From a virus, in IMG/VR virus record IMGVR_UViG_3300037245_003482, positions 10,015-74,014 of that record: a stretch of DNA of 64,000 bases; one strand, 5' to 3'. The notes beneath the pieces were generated by a model. That model searched no databases. It was not told where the DNA came from and worked only from the letters and a program-made list of their open reading frames with translations. Shown piece after piece: positions 1 through 8,824 of the stretch. Numbering within the stretch: the stretch's first letter is position 1; each line of letters starts with the position of its first letter. The translations under genes were made by a program, and so were the position numbers.

Positions 1-241
1 TCCAGGGCACTTTGTAATTGTACTTACGTAATGCATTGGGGATCACATTTATTACGGTCAGGGGCTGCACAGCGGTATCAAATGTGTCCCCATTGTCAAC
101 TATGTAATCAACTTCTTCCATAATTGCAGTACGTACCACAAAATCAGCAAGTTCCTGTTGGCTTTCTAGCCAATCTGCGTCTGTACGGCAAACAGGGCGT
201 TTTATATCCAAATGTATATCTGAAACATTTAATATTTTCAT
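1..241 (-). CDS. SbcD/Mre11-like metallophosphoesterase nuclease (5' part, truncated by window edge)
   Basis: Absent from the ORF track. Hand translation from ATG 241 gives MKILNVSDIHLDIKRPVCRTD...VDNGDTFD, with the DxH and GDxFD calcineurin-like motifs. ATGA overlap with the upstream gene, and two genes from an SbcC-like ATPase. Confidence 0.85.
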   Translation of the reverse strand, partial: MKILNVSDIHLDIKRPVCRTDADWLESQQELADFVVRTAIMEEVDYIVDNGDTFDTAVQPLTVINVIPNALRKYNYKVPW

Positions 242-645
242 CTGTGATTCCTTTCGTATTGCTCTTTTGAACCAAAAACAAAACGGTCCTGCGCATCCCT
301 TTGTGCATGGTGCAAACTAAATTCTTGGGGTTCATTATAGTCTATATCTTTGGAAATAACCAAACCCCATGCAGAATCATAATCTACCATATTCATATCT
401 GCACTGCTTATTTTTCCACCCGTTACTTCTTCAGCATTACCTATAAGAACCCCAGTGCCTTTATGTATCGCTATTTGATTAACTTCATTAATAGTGCATA
501 TATCTTTTGTTTTTAGGGTAAGGGTTACCCCTTTGCCAATTGTTTCAATAGATGGGCCACCTGGGTACTTATATAATTTATACCAATAAATTTCTACATT
601 TACAATTTCAACACCAATTATGAATTCATTAATTATTAATCTCAT
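238..645 (-). CDS. hypothetical protein
   Basis: Fills the gap between the SbcC-like and SbcD-like genes with tight overlaps. Likely start is MRLIINEF (start approximate). Confidence 0.6.
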   Translation of the reverse strand: MRLIINEFIIGVEIVNVEIYWYKLYKYPGGPSIETIGKGVTLTLKTKDICTINEVNQIAIHKGTGVLIGNAEEVTGGKISSADMNMVDYDSAWGLVISKDIDYNEPQEFSLHHAQRDAQDRFVFGSKEQYERNHR

Positions 646-2018
646 TTTAAGGCCCTCCCGGTTCCTTTGCATGCAGGGCATATTTCACCAAGTTCCTTTT
701 CCATTTCTTGGTGCTGTGCCATGAGTTTAACTTTCTTTTCCCCTAATATACCAAGTTTTTTGGTTAAAACACTCACTGCAGTTGTTTTGGCCTGCATTGC
801 ACATATTTCTGCCTGTAGTTCTTCTGCATCTTCCACCAGGGCCATTATTTCTACCCAATCAGGTTGCAGGGCCTTTGTTTCTTGCCCCTTTTTCAACTTA
901 TCAACTAAAGCAGTTACATTTGCTATTTTTATGCCCCTTGCTTTTATTCCTGTCTGCAACTCTTCAGCAGATTCCAACATGGGCAAAATATAGGCCCAAT
1001 CTGGTTGTTGTGCTTTTATGCCTTGTGCCTTTTTCAATTTAATAACCAAAGCAGTTACAGCACCTGTGCGTGCCCCCAATGCTACTGCACCACGGTCAAG
1101 GCTTTGGGCTTCATTTATAAGTTTGCCAATTTTATCAATGTGCTGTGTGGCTTCTTTAGTTTCAAGGCACTTTTTAAATTTTGTGGTTAACGTTTCCACA
1201 TGCTTTCGTCTTTCCCCAATTACAACGATTTCCTGTTGCATTTTTGTAATTTCAGCCAATAAGGTTCCAATTTTTTCCGTATTGGGGAGCTTACTTTTAC
1301 GTGCCAAGAGTTCACTAAGGCTATTTTTAGCGCGTGTGACATTATCCAACACAGTAACAATACTGTTGATATCAATTTCCAAATCTTTTGCATCTTCCAC
1401 TAACTCCTGTAATTCTTCCAAATACTCAAATTTGGCAGCTTTTTCTTTTAATTCTTTTAGGTTTGCTTTGAGGCGGTTTTTCTGTGTATTTGCAGCAGTT
1501 TTTAAATCGTTGCATGCAGCTATGGCATTATCTGCCTCTGTAAAATCAATAAGGCCATTTAGGAACCTGCTGGCTTCTGCCCCACCATTGCCATCTGGGC
1601 GCAAAAGGAAAGGGGCCCCGTGTTGGCTGCCAAAATTAACTTCATTCATATCCAGTAGGGTGGTAACTTCATCTGGTACCCCTTTACCCACCGCTTTGAG
1701 GTCTGTTCCACTTACTATGTACAAATTATCTTTAGCACCGCCTGGCCCACGGCTGCGTTCTATTACCCCATTATCCAGTTCAAGCGTGAAAGAAAATTTA
1801 CCAGTTATTTTGATTTCACCTTTTTTATTTATTTCCCTGGCCCACTTACTTACATAATTGGCATTACCTGGTTTGTTTTCATTTATTAAACGGATACCAC
1901 GGTAAAAATTTGTTTTACCAGCGCGGGTATGCCCCACCAGCATATTGATGCCAGGGTGGAATTTAAGCAGTATATCTTCCCATGATTTTAAATTTATGCC
2001 ATGTGCTGATTTAATCAT
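642..2018 (-). CDS. SbcC/Rad50-like ATPase, N-terminal half (Walker A, coiled coil, CxxC hook)
   Basis: GINMLVGHTRAGKT Walker A, Q-loop-like FGSQH, long coiled coil, C-terminal CPAC. Confidence 0.85.
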   Translation of the reverse strand: MIKSAHGINLKSWEDILLKFHPGINMLVGHTRAGKTNFYRGIRLINENKPGNANYVSKWAREINKKGEIKITGKFSFTLELDNGVIERSRGPGGAKDNLYIVSGTDLKAVGKGVPDEVTTLLDMNEVNFGSQHGAPFLLRPDGNGGAEASRFLNGLIDFTEADNAIAACNDLKTAANTQKNRLKANLKELKEKAAKFEYLEELQELVEDAKDLEIDINSIVTVLDNVTRAKNSLSELLARKSKLPNTEKIGTLLAEITKMQQEIVVIGERRKHVETLTTKFKKCLETKEATQHIDKIGKLINEAQSLDRGAVALGARTGAVTALVIKLKKAQGIKAQQPDWAYILPMLESAEELQTGIKARGIKIANVTALVDKLKKGQETKALQPDWVEIMALVEDAEELQAEICAMQAKTTAVSVLTKKLGILGEKKVKLMAQHQEMEKELGEICPACKGTGRALK

Positions 2019-2550
2019 TAATTTCCCCTTTTATATGGGTTAACACTAGTTCTTCTTTCATCATATAGGCAAGCCCGGGCCCTTCCTCTATTAATTCTTT
2101 GAATAAATTGATACGCACCTTTTTATCTTTTAATGTGTGCATTAGCTCAACTTCACCAAGCTTATTACATAAGGCAAGAGAAAGCTGTATCGCTTGAGTT
2201 GCATAAACCCAACAGTTATAGTTTTCTATTTGTGTTATATTAGGGCAAGGGTCCCCAGGTTTAATAGGGAAAAGTAAATTGAAAACAGCACCATCTGCCA
2301 AGTGTATTTTATAATTAGGAAAAGCCCCACCATAATCAGTACAAATATCTTCTTGTTTTAGGCAATCTTGTACCTTGAGGCCCATTTCACGTACCTCCTT
2401 CATAATTTCACTGCATTTTTCACTTGGTATTACAAAGTCGTAATCACTTTCTTTTGATACTTCAGCAAAAAATGCACGACTACCAGTGAACAGAAGGTTA
2501 TAAGATACCTTAGCTTTTAGCCATCTGTAAAATTCAGCTTTATTCATCAT
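2011..2550 (-). CDS. Pol-beta superfamily nucleotidyltransferase-like protein
   Basis: FTGSRAF...SDYDFVI matches the hGS-x-DxD motif. Confidence 0.65.
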   Translation of the reverse strand: MMNKAEFYRWLKAKVSYNLLFTGSRAFFAEVSKESDYDFVIPSEKCSEIMKEVREMGLKVQDCLKQEDICTDYGGAFPNYKIHLADGAVFNLLFPIKPGDPCPNITQIENYNCWVYATQAIQLSLALCNKLGEVELMHTLKDKKVRINLFKELIEEGPGLAYMMKEELVLTHIKGEIND

Positions 2551-2710
2551 CGCCTTCCTTAAACATGCTCTGCTGATCTACCCCTTCGGTTATATCAGGC
2601 ACATCCATTCTTTTGGCACATACAGAGCCCATGCCCAATGCGCGGCTTTCTGCTGTTTTCAGTGGCCGTTTGCACACTGTGCATTTATCATACTGTGGTA
2701 ATTTCTTCAT
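2540..2710 (-). CDS. DUF6011-like small Zn-binding protein
   Basis: CTVCKRPLKTAESRALGMGSVCAKR matches the CxxCxRxLxxxES...GxGxxC pattern. Confidence 0.75.
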   Translation of the reverse strand: MKKLPQYDKCTVCKRPLKTAESRALGMGSVCAKRMDVPDITEGVDQQSMFKEGDDE

Positions 2711-3194
2711 GATGTACAACTCCATAGTCTGCAATTAATAGTGCATCACCCCTGCCATCCTTTGCACCGCCCCGTGGGCCATATAATTCTTTTTCAATTG
2801 TGGGGTATTTGGCAGCAGCTTTGGCGCATGAATCTTTTTTACTTTTGCCCCATAGCCCAGCATGCCTTTCCCAACGTTGTGCATTCACATGCATAAAAGG
2901 TATATTTTCATTATAGGCAAAAAGTATCACAATACCTTCTGCCTTGCCAATATTTTTACCTTGCTGCATGATACTATTACGGCCTGCATTTGGCCCATTT
3001 GCAATAACATGCTCTGCCCAAATGGCATCTATTGGATGTGTAGTCGAAGCAAGGGAACACAATAAAACATCTATTGCAATTGGGTCTATTTCCTTGTTTT
3101 CAAGTGGCATATCCCACACAAAGCATTCTTTTGTTTCTGTGTCAATTAGGGCAAATGCACCACTAATTCCATAATCAATTCCTAATACCCTCAT
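2688..3194 (-). CDS. ruvC: RuvC-like Holliday junction resolvase
   Basis: MRVLGIDYG...IWAE...DGRGDALLIA, carrying the RNase H-fold acidic residues. Confidence 0.85.
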   Translation of the reverse strand: MRVLGIDYGISGAFALIDTETKECFVWDMPLENKEIDPIAIDVLLCSLASTTHPIDAIWAEHVIANGPNAGRNSIMQQGKNIGKAEGIVILFAYNENIPFMHVNAQRWERHAGLWGKSKKDSCAKAAAKYPTIEKELYGPRGGAKDGRGDALLIADYGVVHHEEITTV

Positions 3195-3197
3195 ATA

Positions 3198-4352
3198 TTA
3201 CCTGTATTTCCTTAAGGCACCTGCACCTGGTGCAGCTTTCAGTGCCGCGTCTTCTTCTTTTTCCCAGCGTTCAATTACCATTTGGTCTAATTTGTTGCGT
3301 TCTGCCTTGTTTTCTTCAAGGTAAAACCAATCCCGTATTTCCAAAAATTTACGTTCTTCCCCATTCCAGTCAAATACTGGGTTTTTAACTGTCATTTGCC
3401 CCTTATCAGAAAGCAGGTCCTTTAAGTAAATTAAATTTGTACCCACATCATCAATACCAAAGGTGTAATAGAAAAGCACATATATTATACGGCCAGGCCG
3501 TGATGTTTTGCTTTTTTTATTGACCACCCGGGTTATGCCCCCACAACTTTTACCATTTTTCTTTGCTTTCTCAGTTGCAAATATTTTTTGCACCGCATAT
3601 AGCCATTGCACTGTATGGGAAAAGAAATCCATTGCACGCCCACCACTACGTTTTTCCTTCACAGGGCTATTTGGGTCAGGATTGTCCCTTAATTGAGATA
3701 AAATAAAGTACAATGCTTTTTTATGCCTAAGTTCGCATGCTATTTTTGGAAAATGGTGCATCGAAAGGAATTTAGGTTTTTCCATTTGGTAGCTACCATC
3801 ATCCTTAACCTCTTTGCCCGCCTTGTGCTTTTTCATGCGGTCCTCTGCCATGTTGTCCAGTTGTATGGAACCAACACCATCCAGGCTGTCAACTGTAAGA
3901 ATGGCACTTTCTGTTGTTTTACCATCCTTGCTTACTTTTAGATTGTCAAGGAATTCACGAACTGTTGTATCAAGTTTTTGCACTGTTTTTGGTACATCTT
4001 CCCATGGCATTGTGGCATTATAGTTATACAGGTCTTCTGTGTCAAAACTGTCCCCATATTCAGTGGGCATAAAAAGGTATTTAAAACCTTTGTTGATGTG
4101 GTTCTGATAGGCTGTTACCTCATGTGCAAATAGTGTTTTACCACTGCTTTTATCGCCCACATAATTAACAATCCATCCATATGGGTACCCAAGCACACCT
4201 TTTTTACCCCCTGCTTGTAAATCAAGCAAAAGGGTTCCTGTGCGCGCCCTGCCCCATGGGTCTTCAACAGAATATTGTTCCAAAAAAGAAGTATCTTCAA
4301 AAACTTCATCAATGTCATCTAATTGGGCTTTTTTATCTGATGCTTTGCTCAT
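3198..4352 (-). CDS. recA: RecA/UvsX-like recombinase
   Basis: TGTLLLDL, Walker A GDKSSGKT, Walker B TVDSL, and SQLRD...SGGRAMDFFS. Confidence 0.9.
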   Translation of the reverse strand: MSKASDKKAQLDDIDEVFEDTSFLEQYSVEDPWGRARTGTLLLDLQAGGKKGVLGYPYGWIVNYVGDKSSGKTLFAHEVTAYQNHINKGFKYLFMPTEYGDSFDTEDLYNYNATMPWEDVPKTVQKLDTTVREFLDNLKVSKDGKTTESAILTVDSLDGVGSIQLDNMAEDRMKKHKAGKEVKDDGSYQMEKPKFLSMHHFPKIACELRHKKALYFILSQLRDNPDPNSPVKEKRSGGRAMDFFSHTVQWLYAVQKIFATEKAKKNGKSCGGITRVVNKKSKTSRPGRIIYVLFYYTFGIDDVGTNLIYLKDLLSDKGQMTVKNPVFDWNGEERKFLEIRDWFYLEENKAERNKLDQMVIERWEKEEDAALKAAPGAGALRKYR

Positions 4353-4786
4353 TTGGCATTGCTCCTAATGGGGTTCAACTTTTGCTTTATTTCGTCAACT
4401 TTGTCCCGTGGTACAAATACCATACCAAAAAAACGTTTTGGAATTATACCCAATTTATAGGCCAATCTGTATTGAAATGTGTGGCGCCACAATTTATCAG
4501 GTTTCCCACTGTTATTAGTTTCTTTGGATAGTTTAGAAATACTATACCAGTCAGCATGCGTATTTGCTTTTAGTTTGGCAAATTCTTTGGCCTGTTCTTC
4601 ATAATACAAATATTTGCAGTCTTCCCCATGGAAATCTATTATTTCCCCCAGGCTGTCTTCATATTTAGTACGTGTGTGGTATCGTAAGAATTGCCTTGCA
4701 GTATTTGCATGGTAATGCAGGCCCTCCTCTGCCAATATGCGGAGGAAGGCTGCAGTTCTTATTTTATTGTAGGGTGCGGCTGCCAT
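4349..4786 (-). CDS. hypothetical protein (basic, possibly DNA-binding)
   Basis: ORF tightly packed between SSB and RecA. Confidence 0.6.
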   Translation of the reverse strand: MAAAPYNKIRTAAFLRILAEEGLHYHANTARQFLRYHTRTKYEDSLGEIIDFHGEDCKYLYYEEQAKEFAKLKANTHADWYSISKLSKETNNSGKPDKLWRHTFQYRLAYKLGIIPKRFFGMVFVPRDKVDEIKQKLNPIRSNAK

Positions 4787-4792
4787 TTTGCC

Positions 4793-5971
4793 CTACTTTG
4801 CTTTTGTTGCCTGGAAACAAGGGTTAACAACGTCACATGTTTTCTTGCCTGGGCATTTACGGTACCCACCTTCTTTTACACCAAAGAGGCGGCCTTCAGG
4901 GCATTCACCTGCAGGTGTTTCTTTTGTTTCTTCCTGTAGGGTTATTTTCACTGGTTCAGGTTGTAGAGGCTTTTCTGCTTTTTTTGATTCAGGTTCAGCT
5001 GGTGCTTCTGCTGTCTGCGTTGCAGGCGCATGTGTTTCTGTTGTTTCTTTCGTCCCCTTCGCACCAGATGCAGGCTTTCCCGGCTCTTCCTCCTGTACTG
5101 TTTTTTGTACCCCAGGGGCAGGTGACGTTTCTTCATTAGTCACAGGTTGTGCTGTAGGCGCTTTATTGCCAAATGCAGCTGGTATTGTGCCATCAGTATA
5201 ATATGCCTGCATTTCTTTACTATTGCAAACTATCATGAAAGTACTCAAATCAGTTATGCCTTCAACAAGTTCATCTGTAACAGGTTCTTCACGTGCAGGG
5301 AATTGGAATTCGCTGTAATCAAACCAATTTGCATCTTCTTCCTTGTCTGCACGGAAACTTATTGAACATCCAACAAGGTCAAGGCTTACGAAATCAATTA
5401 CCTCCCCTTCTTCTTCCTTTAAGATTTTTATCTTTTTCTCAAGTTGCTCACCCCAACCAGCGCTTTTGCCAGTATATGGTGCATCCCACCAAGTAATTTG
5501 GCCAGCCTGTGGCCCTGTTATAGGTCTTAATAATATAATCCATCTACGGCTTGGTAATAGTGTACTGAATTGCCCATAAGCGGCAGCCTTTTTATCAGCC
5601 CCTTTCCCACCAGCTTTTTTCCACAAATCCCACATTTCTGTGCATAAGAAGCATGTTGGTTCAATACCTGCATCTTTCAGGCATATGAAATTTACTTTGT
5701 CTTCCCCAACACTACGGTGGATGGGCACATCCAGATTGTACTCAAGGCATTCAAGTTCATTCACATCCTTGAGTATATGGGGGTGTTGTTCATTGCTAAT
5801 GTAATAAGGTATTACATCCACGGTATTACGCCCTTTCTGTACTTCAAAACGCTTAAAAGGCAAACCATTTATGGCATAATACCCACCAGCACTTTTACCA
5901 ATGCTGGCACTGCCAACTGCTTCCTCACTTTTTTTGCGTCTTTTGTCACTTATTTTTCTAGCTCTTGCCAT
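4793..5971 (-). CDS. single-stranded DNA-binding protein (T4 gp32-like)
   Basis: H...C...CFLC putative Zn site, OB-like core and low-complexity acidic tail. Sits between RecA-like and UvsY-like genes. Confidence 0.65.
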   Translation of the reverse strand: MARARKISDKRRKKSEEAVGSASIGKSAGGYYAINGLPFKRFEVQKGRNTVDVIPYYISNEQHPHILKDVNELECLEYNLDVPIHRSVGEDKVNFICLKDAGIEPTCFLCTEMWDLWKKAGGKGADKKAAAYGQFSTLLPSRRWIILLRPITGPQAGQITWWDAPYTGKSAGWGEQLEKKIKILKEEEGEVIDFVSLDLVGCSISFRADKEEDANWFDYSEFQFPAREEPVTDELVEGITDLSTFMIVCNSKEMQAYYTDGTIPAAFGNKAPTAQPVTNEETSPAPGVQKTVQEEEPGKPASGAKGTKETTETHAPATQTAEAPAEPESKKAEKPLQPEPVKITLQEETKETPAGECPEGRLFGVKEGGYRKCPGKKTCDVVNPCFQATKAK

Positions 5972-5985
5972 GGTGTTGCTCCTTG

Positions 5986-6744
5986 TTATTTGTTTAATCT
6001 TTCGCGTTTTTCACGTTCAATTTCATTTGATTCTTCAGTTGTTGTGGCCCCTGGTAATATACGGGGGTCACTCCAGTAATTTTTCACCCACAATGTAAGC
6101 AGGGCATCTAATGCATGTTTTAAATCCCCCACCTGGTCCACAGCAGAATCATATTTTATTTTTTCAATTTCAGCAGCTAAAAGTGCTTCTTCCAGTTGCA
6201 CAATAACTGGTTCCATATCTATTTTGGCATCAATGTCTTCCCGGGTAGGCTCTTTTGTTTTAATATTCTGCCTACCCTGTGCCTCATATAATTCAATATC
6301 CTTAGTTACTAAATTAACTTCTTCAATAGCGTCCTGAACATCCTTATCAGTTTTTATATAAGCATCAATGTCCTCTTTTGTGGGGTCTTTTTGTTTTCCG
6401 CTTGGCGTTGTGACTATTTTACTAGCTGCAATTTTACGCGCTTCTGCTTTTTTTGTTTCCAATTCCCCCAATGCATCACGCATGCGGTCTTTGGCTGTTA
6501 AATAATTCTGCAATGCAGGGGGAACACTCTCATCTGAAAAAGTCCTTTTATACTGGGCTATTATATCCAGTCTGATTTCACTTCTTTTTTTCTTTAAAGT
6601 TTTGGCCAGTTGTTTCACTTTTATTTTTGCTTGGCCTTGTTCCGTTGTCCAATAGTGTGAAATGTTGGAAAAATTCTCCCAGCAAGCGACCATGTCACTT
6701 TTGTCAATTTCCATGTCCTTGCTTAATAAACGAACTGTTTCCAA
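5986..6744 (-). CDS. UvsY-like recombination mediator with internal duplication
   Basis: Helical protein with KxPTxEDIDAxI twice. TTG start with an AGGAG RBS, next to SSB and RecA. Confidence 0.5.
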   Translation of the reverse strand: METVRLLSKDMEIDKSDMVACWENFSNISHYWTTEQGQAKIKVKQLAKTLKKKRSEIRLDIIAQYKRTFSDESVPPALQNYLTAKDRMRDALGELETKKAEARKIAASKIVTTPSGKQKDPTKEDIDAYIKTDKDVQDAIEEVNLVTKDIELYEAQGRQNIKTKEPTREDIDAKIDMEPVIVQLEEALLAAEIEKIKYDSAVDQVGDLKHALDALLTLWVKNYWSDPRILPGATTTEESNEIEREKRERLNK

Positions 6745-6777
6745 AATAACTCCTGTTGTAATTGGGGTATGTTACTA

Positions 6778-6788
6778 CCCCTATTATA
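6778..6788 (-). promoter_or_regulatory. TATAATAGGGG promoter motif upstream of the UvsY-SSB-RecA operon
   Basis: Exact copy of the 13-copy motif, intergenic and correctly oriented. Confidence 0.75.
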
Positions 6789-6801
6789 AAAAGAAAGGTT
6801 G

Positions 6802-7785
6802 TTAATCTTCCTCAGGTTCCAGTATATTACTGATTTTAAGCACTAATGTACCCCAGGCAGTTGATTTGTTATAGAATAATGAGCCATCTATTAAATGGTC
6901 CAATACATCTAAATTACAATTGCTACCTTTGCCCCCTGCCAAAATGTTATTGGCTGCAGTACTAACCAGTTTGCATCGTATGCCTTCAGGGCTTGCAGTT
7001 TCCTCTTTTTTCATTGTGCCCAAAAGCGCAAATATTTCACTTTCCTTTACAGTACCACCTGGCCAGAATATTGATTTTATCAAGGTGCCCATATCCTTGG
7101 AATCAGCAGCCATGGTTGCCACAGCACCTTCATCATTAAGGCGTTCCAATGCCAATGTTTCATCAAGTTTGGAAATACTTTGAAGTAAATTAAGGGCTAT
7201 TGCTGGACTGCCTTCTGCAAGTTCCACAATTTTTTCAATTACTGCATCAGCTGTTTCAAGCCCCTCACTGTCAATAACTTCCTCAAGGAGGTCTGTTATT
7301 TCCATTTCATTAAGGGGCTTCACAATAATTTTGGTAACCCTGCGCATGAATGTCTTTTTGAATTTTGAAATATCTGTGGTTCCAAAAAAGAAATAGTCAG
7401 TTGCTGGGCACCCGTCTTCCAATAATTTAAGGAAAGCTTCCTGGGCCTTTGGGGTTAATTCATGGGCCTCATCAATGAACCAGCAACGGTTGCCAAACGG
7501 TTTTGTGCGTACATCACGCTCCATTACCCTAACATCATCAATACCACCATTTGTAACTGCATTCATTTCTATTAGGTTCATTACATTATCACAACCAAGG
7601 TGTTTAGCTGCAATTCGTGTTAATGTTGTTTTACCGCATCCACTTGGCCCAGTCACCAAAAATACATGTTGCCCTTGTGGGTCATCCAGTTCATTCTGTA
7701 ACTGCTTAACAGCTGCTGCATTACCCAGTACTTCCTCCCATGTGCCTGGGCGGTACATTTTATCATAACCAAATGTCTTAGCCAT
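6802..7785 (-). CDS. DnaX (Pol III gamma/tau)-like clamp loader AAA+ subunit
   Basis: YRPGTWEEVLGN, GPSGCGKTT, GGIDDVR and IDEAHEL...AFLKLLE. Confidence 0.9.
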   Translation of the reverse strand: MAKTFGYDKMYRPGTWEEVLGNAAAVKQLQNELDDPQGQHVFLVTGPSGCGKTTLTRIAAKHLGCDNVMNLIEMNAVTNGGIDDVRVMERDVRTKPFGNRCWFIDEAHELTPKAQEAFLKLLEDGCPATDYFFFGTTDISKFKKTFMRRVTKIIVKPLNEMEITDLLEEVIDSEGLETADAVIEKIVELAEGSPAIALNLLQSISKLDETLALERLNDEGAVATMAADSKDMGTLIKSIFWPGGTVKESEIFALLGTMKKEETASPEGIRCKLVSTAANNILAGGKGSNCNLDVLDHLIDGSLFYNKSTAWGTLVLKISNILEPEED

Positions 7786-8020
7786 GCAAACCATCCTTTT
7801 TTTCTAAAAGGGTACAAATGCCCTCTATTGTTTTACACGATTCTTGCCACTCTTCATCTGTTATTTCATAGTCATATTCATCTTCTACAGCCATGGTAAT
7901 TTGTATTTCATCCATACTGTCAGCCCCAATTTCTGTGAGCGTTTGCTTTTCTTCTAGGCCAGAGGGTGAAACACCCAATACAAGGCCTATAATCTCTTTT
8001 ACTTTTTCTAAATGCTTCAT
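7778..8020 (-). CDS. acpP: acyl carrier protein
   Basis: 80 aa, acidic. VKEII...LGV...IGADSMDEIQITMAVEDEYDYEITDEE contains the phosphopantetheine-accepting Ser motif. Confidence 0.85.
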   Translation of the reverse strand: MKHLEKVKEIIGLVLGVSPSGLEEKQTLTEIGADSMDEIQITMAVEDEYDYEITDEEWQESCKTIEGICTLLEKKDGLHG

Positions 8021-8045
8021 TCATTACCCTTTTTTGCCTTTCGTA

Positions 8046-8282
8046 TTAATACCATCTGCCCATTTTTACACCACAGGAGCTTTTTTCTTTTTTGCTTTTA
8101 TGTGCCCGCTTTTTACGTGCCATAATTATTTTATTCTTAATGCGGGTGCTTTTCTTGGGGAAAAAAATACCACACCCAGTACTTAAATAAGGGTTGTAGG
8201 TGCTTTTTCCCTGTTCTCTGTTTTCTGTTGTAGATGCAGCTGCTATTAATTTAGCAAGTTGTAATGCTATTCCTAATTTCAT
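8046..8282 (-). CDS. small basic hypothetical protein
   Basis: ORF on the operon strand, preceded by a GAGG RBS. Confidence 0.5.
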   Translation of the reverse strand: MKLGIALQLAKLIAAASTTENREQGKSTYNPYLSTGCGIFFPKKSTRIKNKIIMARKKRAHKSKKEKSSCGVKMGRWY

Positions 8283-8283
8283 A

Positions 8284-8667
8284 CTATTGTCCCTCTTCCG
8301 TTTTAATTAATTTTGGTTCAGGGAATAAAGTCCCTGCTTTAACGCCTTTTTCAATTGTGTCTTTCAGTTCCTTTTTAGAAAGCTTCTTTTCCACAACTTT
8401 TTGAATAGCCTCCCATGCCCTTTTTGCAGCCCATACCTTTTTTAAATTTTTGGCATGGCTTGGCAGGCACACACTTATTGCATAACCAAACATTGGGTTT
8501 TTATATGGCCCAATAAAATCAGCCACATTGAAAAAAAGTTCTTGGTTTTGTAGTATGCATCTTACTGCTTTTTTACGATTTGCAGGATGTTTTACATTAC
8601 AAATAAGTCTTTTATCTTTTGGGGGGTTCCCAATTCTAAATAGTTCAGTTATTAAAATCTTTGCCAT
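8284..8667 (-). CDS. hypothetical protein
   Basis: ORF on the operon strand. Confidence 0.55.
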   Translation of the reverse strand: MAKILITELFRIGNPPKDKRLICNVKHPANRKKAVRCILQNQELFFNVADFIGPYKNPMFGYAISVCLPSHAKNLKKVWAAKRAWEAIQKVVEKKLSKKELKDTIEKGVKAGTLFPEPKLIKTEEGQ

Positions 8668-8824
8668 ATGCAATTGCCTTTTGTTCAGTAAAGGGTCTTC
8701 TTTCCCTAAATTCCGATTGTTTCCCTGGGTTAAAATTTGCCACAGGTCTATGGTATCCCATTACTCTAGTCCAAATTTCACATTTAGTTCTTTCAGTATC
8801 ATTAAGTATAATTGCCACACCCAT
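8645..8824 (-). CDS. stand-alone glycyl-radical domain of class III ribonucleotide reductase (NrdD C-terminal / NrdDb-like), 59 aa
   Basis: Below the ORF-track cutoff. Hand translation: MGVAIILNDTERTKCEIWTRVMGYHRPVANFNPGKQSEFRERRPFTEQKAIAYGKDFNN, with the RVMGY glycyl motif and N.GK.SE..ER. TAATG coupling to the upstream gene. Confidence 0.9.
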   Translation of the reverse strand: MGVAIILNDTERTKCEIWTRVMGYHRPVANFNPGKQSEFRERRPFTEQKAIAYGKDFNN

